A DNA stretch of 64,000 nt from Hypanus sabinus (GCF_030144855.1 NC_082728.1:38812001-38876000), one strand, 5' to 3'; positions 24,800 to 37,610 are shown, numbered from the stretch's first letter. Translations and numbers: made by a program. The notes: generated by a model from the letters alone, not told the origin.

Positions 24800-25720
24800 A
24801 AAGAGTGTTGAAAATGCCCAATAAATCAGGCAAGGACAATGGAGAGAAAACAACTGAGCTAAAATTACAAATGGATACCCTGAGAAGTAACCAGACCAAT
24901 TGTAAGATGGTGTTCCTCAGGCTTCAGCTGAGCCTCATTGGAACCATTTGGGGAACAACAGACAGATAGGTCATAGTGGGAGACCAAAGAAAAATTGAAG
25001 TAATGGTGCAGGTGTTGCATTTCCTGAAAATCCATTGGAAAAAAACCACTAAATAGAAAGAGGATGGTGGAAATCAGAAATTGTATCAAGAAATCATGTG
25101 GGAAATGGGTCCTTCAGGAAGAGATGTAGATGGTGGTAGAATCTCATTGAAGGTAGCAGATGTTGAGCAGGATCATCTGCTAATGGAATGGATGGTGAGG
25201 ACTCTTTATCCAGGAGCCAAGAGAATAAAACCAGAAGGGCTGAAGATAGATGACACATGGTCAAGGACTATCAAACAAGGGGGAAGGAAGCTTTAGATAA
25301 AGTAAAAGGAAAACATTTCAGGTGCAGTCATGTGAAATATTTTATTCTCAAAGCAGACACAATGGAGGCAGAGAAACTGAGAGAATGGAATGGAAGCCCG
25401 ACAGAGGCAAGGTGGGAGAAAGTATAGTCGAGATACCTGTGTGTATCTCTGTGCTTGTGATGGATTTTTCTCAGTAATGTATCACCTGGGAGAGCCAGGG
25501 GGAAGAGAAGAGACAAAAGATAGACCATGTAAAAATGAGAACAAAATAGAAATTGGCAGAAAAGTTAATGGCGGGTTTGGAGCTCTGTGAATGCACCAAT
25601 ACAGCCATCATATGACAGGGAAAATAGCTGAAGAACAGATCTCAAACAAAGAATTCTCCACATATTCCACAAAAAAGTCAGATAAAGCTTGAGGTTATAA
25701 AAGCTCCTTATCTGCTGCAT
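24800..25720 (-). mobile_element. Decayed Penelope-like element (RT thumb through GIY-YIG region)
   Basis: ORF 25328-25528 contains HKHRDTHRYLDYTFSH (PLE YKPTDSHSYLDY.SSH motif); degenerate family head at about 24810-24860. Confidence 0.65.
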
Positions 25721-26112
25721 TGACTTGAAGAAAGCAACTGAAGTTGAACGAGGACTTACCTAATATGGGAATGTGTTCTGGTGGATGAATAAGGAGAAAT
25801 GTTCATTTTCCACTTTTGGTAAAGAGTAAATTAACCTGAAACAATAACAACTTCTCACAAAACAGTCATTCCAACAGTTTTAGTTCATAATGCAGATTAT
25901 ATCTTTGAAATAGTGTCTTCCACCTTCTGCCATCACAGTGTCCATTTATCTTTCCTGGGAAAATGAGAGTTTGAGCTATCTTGATGAAATTTCAATTATA
26001 TTGTTTCAGCTGGCATTCAAAGGAACAAAATGTATTCCTTTATATCACAATCACAATCAAATTCACTGTATTTTTGTGCTACTCAAATAGCAAGCATAGA
26101 GCACTGAATTTA

Positions 26113-26649
26113 GAGGCCCTCTGTTGGTCAAGGTTGTCCATGGATGTTGCGTCCCAGCTGTCTGCATGACACACAAGCCAGGGCAGTACAATATGGAGAG
26201 CAAGCTGTTGCCCATGGAGCAGGCTTCCCCATTCCGCACAGCTGATGAGACCAAAGGATTAGCAGACCCTGATACCCTATGGCACCAGCAGTGTTGCAGG
26301 AGTTGCCAGCATTGAACTCAATATAGGACTGCCTCAGGGACTCCAGTTCCATAATTTTCCTCGGGGTTGACTCGTAAAGCCTTCCCCGTGAGTGGGTATA
26401 GCCACAAGGCAGCGGAGGTTTGAGATCAGAGTTTTTCTTTGGAGAGCTGCCAACAATGACTGGTTGTAAAGCATCAGTAACACACCTTTGCCCCTTCTCC
26501 TGTCAGTAGAAGCAGTTCCAGCACCTTAGTAGCTAAGCCACTCATGAAAGCCAGGAGCTGGAGTTGATTATCAGAGGCTATTTGAGACATATGCCATTGG
26601 AAGGTAGTGGGAGCTTATCCCCACTATCTTTCCCAGCTATGACAACCTT
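26113..26649 (-). mobile_element. Non-coding RTE-derived retroelement, copy 2 (diverged)
   Basis: Collinear homology with 14088-14663. Confidence 0.65.
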
Positions 26650-27410
26650 AAGGACGGCACTAAACTTATTTGAAGTAAATTATCCAGAAATAATCAATAT
26701 ACAATTGTAATATTATATATTGATGTGCAGTTCTCAATTTCAAATTAATTAAATCATTATTCAAGCAGAGAAATTTAAAGAAATACTCGTCCATATTGAT
26801 CTATCTGAGTATTTGCTTTTTAACAAAAAAGCCAAATATAGATGTTCCACAGGTACACCTGGCATTATGACTTTGACAGGAGATATACTTGACCTTACTG
26901 CATAACCTCATTCATCGCCACTTAAGTATCTCATTTGAGGAAGCACTTTAGAAACAGCTTTGCACTCCTACTGAGATCAGCTGATGTAGCCTGGGCAGAG
27001 ATTAAACCTGGAAGTCTCTGATATTAGTTACTCACTGGAGAAAATGGCAAATCCACCACAGAGTTAAAATTTATTTAAGAGGATTAATGGCAAGCTTAAA
27101 TATGAACGTTAGTAATGTGGTAGAATTACAGAATGTGTTAGAAAATCACCAGAGGCAGAAGAATTTAATTTTAGAAGCTTTATACAACTTTAGTTCATCT
27201 GGAGCTTTAGTGCCCTATCTTTATCTTTAATTTTTACTCATACTGCTGCAGTTATGCTACTTTAGGAACAGTTGATTCAGGATGATTATTGCCAGTTAAG
27301 CTAGATGATCCCATCTAAACATCGTATGTGATTTAGCATCAGTGTGGTGCAAAAATACAATTTCAGCTTAAGCTAAACTCCTTTCTTCACAAAGTTTGTA
27401 TATAATGGTA

Positions 27411-28317
27411 CAGATCATTCTCTGCAACTTCCGCCATCTCCGTGGGGGGGGGGGGGTGTCCTACCACCAAACACTTCTTTTCTTTCCCTTCCTCTGCTTT
27501 TCATAGGGATTGCTCACTCCCTGATTCCCTCGTCCAGGTCGTCCCGCCCCACTGATCTCCTTCTGGCTACTTATCCCTGTAAGCAGCGAAAGTGCTACAC
27601 TTGGCCTTTCACCTACCCCCTCATCTCCACTCAGGGCCCCAAACAGTCCTTCCATGTGAGGCAACACTTCACCTGTGAACCTGCTGGGGTCATCTGTGTC
27701 TGGTGCTCCTGATGCAGCTTCCTTTACACTGGTGAGACCCATCGTAAACTGGGAGACTGCTTCATTGAGCGCGTCCACTCCATCCGCCAAAAGCGGAACT
27801 TCCCAGTGGTTAAATGGTTTAATTCCCATTCCCATTCCGACATGTTGGTCTTTGGCCTCCTCTCTTGCTCCTCAGGGTGGAGGAGCAACATCTTATATTC
27901 CATCTGGGTAGCCTCCAACCTATATCCTGGTAAAAAATGTTTCCCTTTCCCTCCTGTCTTCTTCTATTTCCGACTCCAGACTCTTTCCTCTTCTCACTTG
28001 CCTATCATCTCCCAATAGTGCCCCTCCTTCTTCCCTTTCTCCTATGATCCACTCTCCTCTCCTATCAGATTCCTTCTTCTCCAGTACTTTACTTTTCCTG
28101 CCCACTTGGCATTACCTATGACCATCTTGATAGCCTCCTTCCCTTCCCCCACTTTTTTATTGCAGTGTCTTCCCCCTTCCTTTTGAGTCCTGAAGAAGGA
28201 TCTTGGCCTGAAATGTCAACTGTTTATTTCCATATTTGCTGCCCGACCTGCTGAGTTCCTCCAGCATTTTGTGTGTGTGTTGCTTTGAATTTCCAGCATC
28301 TGTGGAACTTCTAGTGT
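27411..28317 (+). mobile_element. Penelope-like element 3' part: GIY-YIG endonuclease remnant, pyrimidine-rich UTR and hammerhead-bearing terminal repeat
   Basis: TYPCKQRKCYT...GPKQSFHVRQHFTCE...GVI/CVWCS*CSFLYTGETHRKLGDCFIE (GIY-YIG-like); hammerhead motif agtc-CTGAAGA-aggatcttggcct-GAAA-tgtc at 28186-28221. Confidence 0.88.
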
Positions 28318-29039
28318 GCATTACAGAACTAATTCAATTTGCAGAAAGTAAGCGGAGCTATCTTCCACAACCAATGAGGAAAATATAATGGGCAGATTTA
28401 ATTGTTCATCAGTTATTACATAAATAATATAAAGATACTGCTTACACTATCCATTTTCACTTCCATTTTCTGGTATATTTATTCATAAATACGTAAGTGA
28501 GATGCATTTCCAGCATAAATGCTAGTTATTGTTAGTCAGTAATAATGTACATTATCATATTCTGAGACTCTTAGTGACTCCTAGAGATGAGTATAGTTTG
28601 TAATATTATTATTACAAGTCTGGCTCACAGACCAGCTCCAACCACTGCAATCTTTGACTAGGATACTTATAGCATTCAACATGCAGTATTTCAGCTCAAA
28701 AAAAAACAATGTTTTGAAGAATCTCTTCAAAGTACCTATTAAGCATCGCTGCTGGACGGCATTGAATACAGGTCTTCAAAACGGCATTAGCCAAGTTTTC
28801 TAGGTTCACAGAGGGTTGGTAAACCTGTATAGACTGTGGCAATTGGGAAAATGAGTTAACAGTCATAATTGGCAGGGAAAGGAATGCTGATAATGGGAGA
28901 ACTAAACAGACAAGAGTGACTATTGAGTAGAGAATTCCTCGGCACTGCAACATCATTCTTTAGGCAGGAAATAGGACATGCTCAGACGGCAGTATTGACA
29001 ACCTAGGCATGTGCAATTGAGCGTAGGAGTTCTTTATGC

Positions 29040-29400
29040 CCCTTACATTTGCGGATCTGGGAGCTGAAGAGGAAGTTGTTCAAATTCATGGAAATAGTAT
29101 CGGACTTACAGGATTATTGTAATCCACAGACAACTGAAATAGAAGGATTTACAAGTTCAGCACAAGCAGTAAAAATGCATGAGAAACAGTCAGCGAGTAT
29201 TTAGCGGTTTTCATCAGTTCAGCTAAGCATCGCTGCAAGGTGAATTCTTAAACCACGCATTGTGAAATAGATGATAATGTGGTTTAAGTAACAAACTGAT
29301 TTAGGTGGCAAGAGTCTCAACTTTGACCAGGATTGCAACACTGCAACCTTAATAGTGATGGCAACAAAAATCACCAAGAAATTGCCGCGAACAATCATGG
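29040..29400 (+). mobile_element. Highly decayed Gypsy Gag relic
   Basis: Across frameshifts: LQDYCNPQTTEI, ETVSEYLAV, GEFLNHAL*NR**CGLSN; matches the Gypsy Gag pattern P.P..IAERF.F...ETVSEY...L...LRDRLVCGL. Confidence 0.6.
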
Positions 29401-32400
29401 CAGCCACATAAGCCCCACATGAGAGCAAGTGGCACAAGTCCTTCCTATAGTTGGAAGATTAATTATTCTTCACAACACTCTTGCAATAATAATACATAAT
29501 ATCACATCCAGCAACTCCCAAGGCCAATTATAGGTTCAAACCCAGAGCATCTGGAGTAATGGTACCAGGGCCAATCGGTCTCCCAGAGAGGGAAAGTATG
29601 TAGCATTGATTCTGGTACCACCCAAAGAAACAGAAATGACTGTATGATCCATGATAAGAATGGAAATAGTTGTAATCAACAATATTTCATGAAGATTTCA
29701 AATCAGTAATTACGTTATATAAATGAATATTCGCAGAGCAGCAAATTACTTGATCACTGGCAGTCCTTCAACTTTTGTTTTAAAATACAATTCCTCTCAA
29801 GACGTACTCATACTTCAGTAGGACTGAAGATACCAAGTCAAATTTAAAGCATTATAATAGCAGATAATTTGGAATAGTTGTAGCTGGCCTACACAGAGCA
29901 GCTGATAATGTTGGACAAGATACAAGATTGGAAATGTTGAAAGAACTCAGCCAGTAAAACAGTTTGTGCGGAAAGAGAAATTAGTCAATATTTTGGTTAG
30001 CAACCCTCCCATATGTTTGTATAATTTCATTCTTGTTTCAGATTCCAGTATCTGCAGATTAATTTGTTTTCCATTACTGGACACGAACTAGTTAAGAAAA
30101 CTAATTATTTGTCACACAGATGAGCTTAAAGTTAAAACTGATGATCTACCCGGGAAGCAATACGAAGGTTCTGGTGCAGACAGTGATAACATGATCTCTA
30201 CTTTGTAACTAACAGAGTTGGCAATAAGAGAAATAGTTGAGAGAGAAGGGCGTGACTCTGAAACGTATAATCTCCTTTCACAACTAGATGTTCCAGTGAT
30301 CTACTGATCAAAGATGTCAGAAATGAGGTAGAAGACAATCATTATCATTTGTCCAGAGAAGATGAACAATCTACCATTGTAAATAGTAAGACTGTAGGTA
30401 TTCATCATAGTGTGATTTCATGGCTTGACATTATTGATCATGTCTATATTGTCATGAGCATTCAATCAGTCTAATGACACGGAATAAATAAGGCATAGAT
30501 TTTAGAAATCTGTGATTCTCATGCAGTGTTCTGCTTCCTGTTTCTCCTTTTCACTATTGACTTAAAATCCACATTACACTGGTTATGAGGATCATAAAGA
30601 ACTGAAACTTCCTGCAATAATGAAACAGTCAAATATCCTGAACACTCATATACTCAACAGGGTAGGAAATCTGAAAACTCACAATTAGTCATTGTGCAGT
30701 CTTGATGTGATGGGACTTGAGATAAAACGGTTTTCAGGAAATAAAGGGGTTATGAATATAAGTGCAAACACAATAAATGTTAAAACCAGACAAAGCATGA
30801 TATACTGCTATATCATGATGTTCTTCAAGGTAAGCAAAATATTTGAAATTGAGAAGCAGATACAGGTGTGATGGTTCAAAATGAAGCCACATAGATCATA
30901 GGATATTTTCCTTTTATCATTCCTCACGACAATGTTGTCCAGGTACAATTGCTGATTGTTGGATTATTTTGGTGTAGCACCTTTCTGAAAATCTAAAATT
31001 CAGAATCAGAAGCCAAAGGAGAGGGAAGGCAGTTTTCAAGAATTTGTCACAACACCAGTGTCTTCCCTGATCTGGCCATGTGGAATAAGTTTGTGTCATT
31101 TATCAGATAAGCAAATTGAATCACAATTATTAAATATATGAGATTTAAATCTTAATAATGCATGTAAAATTTCCAGAGATATTATTTCCTAAAATGATTT
31201 TAAAAATTTATAGTAATAATAACAATGTGCATGGAGAAATGGCATTAACAAAGGCAATTTTAAGGCTGAATTATCTAAGTAAGTTCGGCATGCATGCTAG
31301 ACTGCAAGTAAGTGCTTCTGCCAATGTGAAGGCAAGCTATCCATCATGGGTGAAGGGCAGTGAATGATTCAACTGCAAAACAAAGGCTCAGCAAGAAAAA
31401 TATCAGCGAATTGTTTTCAAAGGCAAGACATGACTGGAAGCCTCATAACAGAAGCCTCTATGATATTAAGGCTGTTGAGCACAGTGCCAGCAACGGTAAA
31501 TTATTCTAAAGTGGAAGTTTCTGACCAGTATATCGATATGAACCAATAAGGCTGCTGACTGCTCACTCACTATGAGCAGAGATACACACATCCTGGAGTT
31601 CATCAAGAGGGACATTGAAGACATATCCTGTGGAGACACAGAAAACTCAAGGTCAAATACTAATTGTTGTCTTCCATAATGGTCAAAAAATGAACCTACC
31701 AATTGTAGTAGCCACATAAATAAACAAACCAATACTAAAAGAAGTAAAAATAATCAGGAAGAATTTTGTCCCGGTGGAATATTACCTCTATTTTCATCCT
31801 TCTGTTTGATCTACCTTTATTACAGAAATCAAAAAAAGAATCAACAGCTCCTGTTGTTTCAGCATTTTGATGAAACAAAATGGTACCTCACCACTTGCTA
31901 AAGGAAGATTTTGAGGCCAGGAAGGGAGAGAATTAGAAATGGTAAGCAAATATTTTGGTAGAGATGTAAATTAAGAAATTCTTAAGCAGTGGGTAGAGTG
32001 ATCAAGATTCATTGGCAATTTTGCTGCATCAAAATTTCCCTCAGCTGATCCAAAGGGAAGAGAGGTCAGAGGCCTTTTTGAAACTTGATTTCACCAAAAT
32101 AAAAGAAAACAAGATGGTTGCTTTCCAATGAATGGCGTAAATGAATCCCCCCCCCCCTTTCCCCTCCACCCCACCATCCTCATTTTTTCCTCAGCACAAT
32201 GGATGTGTCAGTCTTAACAGATTAAACCAACCGTGAAATAGGGACTTTTCACTGATTAAGATCAAGCTTGGTTTCCTGAAGAATTCTTAAAGTTTCTTAA
32301 GAGGTCATCTTCCATTACAGAAACTAATCACATTAGCCCACTTGAGATTAAATCCCTTCTAGGCCTAGCAGCAACAAAAGGTGTCAGGTACCTTGTTCAC

Positions 32401-33279
32401 ATCTGGATCCAACAGCAACACTTGAATAGAGTGAATTACGCATGGTTTTACATTTAAAGAAATAGATGTTTTATTACACTTGTTCCTCATCCCACAGATA
32501 ATTCTAAAACCTGTGTAATGTAAATTTCCAAACCTGAACTCAAACAAAACCTCTCAATTCTAATTGTTTTGGCCATTTTTGAAGGAATAATCCGACACAA
32601 AACATAAATAACACACAAGTCTTCCACATAAAGATATGCCATTCCCTTATTTGATTTTCAAATTCTTACAATGTATCTTTACCAATTCTAACATAATTAC
32701 CATCAAAAATTTGACCTCAGTTTCTCTTTAAATGGTTGACTGCCTAAAAACAGTAAGATTAAGACCTGACTGTTCAGCCTGTTGAACATCAACAATAATG
32801 CTCTGTGAGTTGCCTTTTTTAGCATTAGTGCAATGAACAATCAGAATGTGGTGTCTTATTCTACTGCCAACAAAATCTCCAAAATAGCCAAACTGATGAA
32901 TTGCTTCAGGCTAAATAGGAAGAAAGACAGGCAAATGCACATGAGCCCAATGGTGGCACTCTGCGTGTCGGATGTCTATGTGCGTACTGCTTAGTGCCCT
33001 CAGTAAAGCACCTTTAACATGGTATAAGAATTTCTCACCTGGGATCAATAAAGTACTTATTGTTACTATTATTATTAATATCCCAAGGTTATTGGAGAAA
33101 AAACAAGCTGGATGTGTTGCCATCCTTCATAAGGAGGTTATGATAAAACTGGTGCAGAGATGTAGGCACAAGGCTGCACATTAACTTGCATAATATCATC
33201 CATAGCAGGACAGTCCTGATCTATACTGCACTGCACTGTCCTCCAAAACATTAGAAAACATGGACAACTGTGAGTGATG

Positions 33280-33890
33280 AAATTGTTCCGTGACTTCAAA
33301 GGTTTGAAGATTGAGACATCAGATCTAGCACAAACCACGTGGCATACTGGGAAATAATGATCCCTGCCCTCTTGTACGCTTCCGAGACCTGTACTACCTA
33401 CAGCAGGCGCCTCAGGGCACCAGAAAAAGATTGTCAATTCTTTGTCTTCAAAATCCTCTTAGTTCATAGCAAACCACATCAATGCCCTCTCCCAGGTCAT
33501 AATTCCCAACAAAAGCATTCAATCAGTTGCTTTTGGGATGGTTATATTGTTTGCATTCCTGACTCCAGATTCCCAAAAACAGATCATTTATTTTGTCTCT
33601 GTTAGTGTGAGGTGGAGAGAGGAATAGAAAAAAAGGATGTGTTCAAAGTTTCCTTGAAGAAATTCGGTGTTCCGACTGACTGGTCCAAAATAGCCTAAAG
33701 TTCAGAAGAAGCATTCGGGATTGGAATTGAAGATCTCAACTATGCATTGGGTATCTGGTTGTTCTCAGTGTAAGCTATGGAGGGAATAGACCACCTCACA
33801 AACTATTTAAAAACTCACCCAACCTATCTTTAGTTCTGACATAGACTCATTAGTCATCTCAGAACCCACAAGACCAGATAAACTGCCCAA
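33280..33890 (+). mobile_element. RTE-clade LINE 3' fragment
   Basis: ORF 33339-33605 YWEIMIPALLYASETCTTYSRRLRA...WDGYIVCIPDSRFPK matches the RTE motifs LLYGSETWT and WLGHV.RM.D.R.PK. Confidence 0.75.
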
Positions 33891-34160
33891 GAACAGCATC
33901 AATATTCAAAACGATATACAACCATCAACCAACAATATTAGGAAAGGAGTTGTGGGCCTCTTGGACTGGATTTTCTTTCAGGAGATTGTTTTGTGAAAAA
34001 TAGGACCTTTGAAAAAGTGACTGACTTCAGAAATTCATTAGCTTTGAGAGGATTTGAGGTTGTGAACAGCAGAATCTAAACATTAACCTTTCCACTGTTA
34101 CTGATTGCAGGCAGATCAGGAGAAGAACTTATACGTACTTAATACGTTTCCGTATATTGA

Positions 34161-34364
34161 ACACAAGAAATTCTGCAGATGCTGGAACTTCAAAGCAACA
34201 CTCTCAAAATTGTGGAGGAACTCAGGAGGCCAGGCTGCATCTACGGAAAGGAATACACAGTTGACGTTCATCAGATGAAGGGTCTTGGTCTGAAATGTCA
34301 ACTCTTCATCCCTTTCCATGGACGCTGCCTGAGCTGTTGAGTTCCTCACACACACTTTGTTGCT
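34161..34364. mobile_element. Penelope-derived inverted-repeat element
   Basis: Family head (34161-34268) followed by its reverse complement (about 34274-34364), which includes gatgaagggtcttggtctgaaatgtcaact. Confidence 0.75.
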
Positions 34365-35020
34365 CTTTCTCACTCTTTCCACATGAATAAGAGCACTAAG
34401 ATGTGTGTGAAGCACTTAGGAAACAGTAAATTTCCGCACAGGAAAATTCCACACATAGCAATCAGTTAAGTGAGCAAACACCTTCTACTATTAATATTGA
34501 AATAACTTTTCGTCTGAACATCAGCAGGATTTTCTTGTTCACTGTTGAACAATTCACAGAGCTCTTACCATCTTCCAGAGGAAGTATTCAATGGATTGCA
34601 TCTTTAAAACACATGCTTTTAGTACTACAGTAAGTGTCATTTCTGATTATGTATTTAACTTGAAATCCATGGAAAGGAAAATCAGAAGAAATCAGGTGAC
34701 TGATATGATATTGGCCATTTTAGATTCAAACCAAAATTTCAAATCATGCTGGCAAATTCCTAGCCATGATTGGGCCATCAAGTGCTACTGAGCAGATTTA
34801 AACATCTCCATATGGAATCAGGGAAGCAGATATAAAGTTAGATTTGCCTATGCTGACTCAGATTAAGTTTGAAATAAATAGCTCTAAACAGTGTATTAGT
34901 CACATTAGTGTGGGATTTGGTAGGAAAAAAATGATATTTCTAAAATTCCTATTTGGCTTTTATATTCTAACATATTGAAGTTGATTGTGTCCTTTTAATT
35001 TGGCACTTGATTGATTGATA

Positions 35021-35497
35021 GAAAAGTCTTAGGCACATATATGTATATATAGCTAGAGTGCCTAAGACTTTTGTACTGTACTGTATTTGTCGACATGGAG
35101 CAGAGTGAATCAGTAAATCTGCAGAGAAGGAATGCTAGGAGCGGAGAGTGGCATGGGTCCAGACACCCCCAGCCCTGAGATACCTGGCAAGGTCATTTGA
35201 TTCCAAATTTTCGGTTTAATGATCGTTGTGGAACATCTCTCTGGTGCTTCCTGCTCGCTCCACTCTAACTTCTTTTCCCAACCACGATTCCCTCTCCTTG
35301 CCCCTTCACACTCTCAATCCGCAGTACACAACCCTATCAGAGTCAGTTTATTATCACTCATATATGTCAAGAAATTTGATTTTGTCTTTGTAGCAGCAGC
35401 AGTACAGTGCAATACTTCAAATTACTGCAGGACTATGCAAAAATCTTAGCCACCCTAGCTATATTTTACACACTTGAGTCTTTTGCTCAGTACTGTA
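35021..35497. mobile_element. Composite Tc1-type MITE: two mini TIR-TIR units enclosing about 340 bp of cargo
   Basis: aaaagtcttaggcac...gtgcctaagacttttgtactgtactgta (35022-35085) and caggactatgcaaaaatcttagccac...gagtcttttgctcagtactgta (35428-35497). Confidence 0.65.
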
Positions 35498-35879
35498 TAT
35501 CAATTTGTCCATTTTTTTTACATTTGACTTTTAATGTTAATCCTTAAATATATGAAATTTGAGGATGATTCCATTTCAGAAGTAACTATTTTAAAATGTG
35601 TATTACTCTATGCACAGCTTGAAAAAAATTCAAGAGGATCCAAATTTCCCTATGGAGAATGAAAGATGGAAAGAAGCAGGAATTTTTCATCAAAGATGCA
35701 ATATATCAGTGCTTCTAATCATCACCACAAATCCTTCTTACATGCAAAGGCTGTGAAGAAAAGAACATCATTATTAAAGTTTACATTGCAAAATTAGTGT
35801 GGCTCAGTGGATACATTTTTGCTTCTCATGAAAAATTCCTACCCATTCCATCTTTGATTCTCCACAGGGAAATCTGCTT

Positions 35880-36225
35880 TCTTTTGCATTCTTGGCTCTC
35901 AATAAAGGTTTATAAGTACAAGACGTGTTTCAGAAGCCTGAATGCAAGGTCAATATAGGTCTGTGAGAGACCTATAGTATTGGAGGTCTGTCTTTTGGAT
36001 AAATCATTACACCAGGTCTCCATCTGTATTCCTAAGTGGCTGCAAATTATCCCCCAGAAAAGAAAAGCAGGTGAGGTTTCCTGGCCTCTTTTTGTCCTTC
36101 AACGTCCTGTATGTCCCTGAAATTAATTGACAGGTTTTAATTATTTAGCTGCTTGTGGGAGCTTGCTATGTGCAAATTGGCTGCCACACTTCATAAATTA
36201 CAACACTAACCATAATTTAAAAGCA
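35880..36225 (+). mobile_element. Ancient DeuSINE-type SINE (SacSINE1/AmnSINE1-like)
   Basis: ggaggtctgtcttttggataa...gctgcttgtgggagcttgctatgtgcaaattggctgcc...attacaaca matches the Deu domain as I recall it. Confidence 0.7.
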
Positions 36226-37309
36226 ATGTTTTTTCTTTTTGTTTCTTAGCTGCATCTTCTCTGTGATTATTGTAACTGTGAAGGTATGGGAATCTCGAGG
36301 AAAAATCCTTGCCACACAGTACTTTCTGTCCATTCTACGGTTAACTTCTTGGAGAATCATTTAACGTCTTTCTTTCAAAAGTTACTGAAGAATTAACTAA
36401 TGAATACCACTCTTTCTCTGTGATCCATAGGGAAAAATCTGGTGGAAGGAACACACATGCTTTTAAGCCATTTGATTTCAAATACAATACAAAAAGACCA
36501 AATGGCTGAGTGATGGCAATTAGAGGTGGAGGATATTGGGTGCTACATGTGGAAAGTGGAAATCTATCAGTAGATATTTAGTTTAGTTTCATATTAAGTG
36601 GCAGAAAGAAAACTCTTATTGTTATATGTCAAGTCATACATTGTGGATCACATTACAAAGCTTTATGGTTTATTTAAAAATATTATCTGCAAATGGCCTT
36701 TCTCTCCCCTAAAGCAGTCCTCTAGTGTGATTGTCTCACGGGCAGGGTATTAGTAACCAGTGAAATTAGTTTCAAACTGGGATGAAATAATTGGCTTGTT
36801 TCCAGGAAAATGGGCCCAATGTAAACAAGGTTAAAAATGAGTTAGACTATTTGACATTAATCTGCACTGAATTATCTGCTCTGTGGGAATGATGTGTAAC
36901 GGTAATTACCACACAGGAGATACAGTCTGCATATAATTACCTCAGAGGAGATAAGGGGGAGGGAGTGTTGAAGGAATTACCACTTAGCTAAACTTGAAAT
37001 GGGGCCAGTTGTTTTTTCCCAGGTAGGTATAGTCGATCTGGAGCAATGAAACATTGGCTTAATCAAATTAAGGACAGCAGAAAGCAAACTTATTTTGTTT
37101 CTACATTTGTCTGCTTTACATAGGCAGCTGTAAATCATGTGACACAAAGTAAAACAAAATGTCTTGACAGCGACACCACAGCCTAATACCTAATTACTGA
37201 AAGGTGTTGTGCATTCTAGGTTCACCTATCACTTACTAAAAACAAAGCACTCTTAATATTAAACAGACATCAATAGCAAAATGGCCTCCTGTTATGGGTA
37301 CACAAGCAA

Positions 37310-37610
37310 ATATGCTGCACGGTGTGCTGAACCATTCAAATCCAAGAAATCTTAAGTGCGGCCTGTAGTCTTTTGCTGAACTTTGCAATAACAGTGCAAC
37401 CACGTGGGTGCCACAATAACCCCCTGTCCCCCTGGATTAGGCAAGAGAAAAATAAACTGCAGTTCACGCTCCTGATTAATATTTAATCAACCCTGCAGGA
37501 AAAGTGCGTGCTGGGGCTCAGCTGTGACAGTCTCTATATTTGAAAATCTTGCTAACTACCAGAGTTAGCACAGCAGAATAATCTTCTGGGTAAAATGCCA
37601 GGAAATAACC
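37310..37610 (+). mobile_element. Ancient tRNA-derived SINE relic (AmnSINE2-like, from memory)
   Basis: cccctggattagg...gctcctgat...accctgcaggaaaagtgcgtg...gggctcagctgtga collinear motifs. Confidence 0.45.

Noticed and set aside
28696-28956. Minus-strand ORF with a hydrophobic N-terminus resembling a signal peptide
   Set aside because: No recognisable family or splice context; it lies beside a plus-strand Gypsy relic and is probably spurious.
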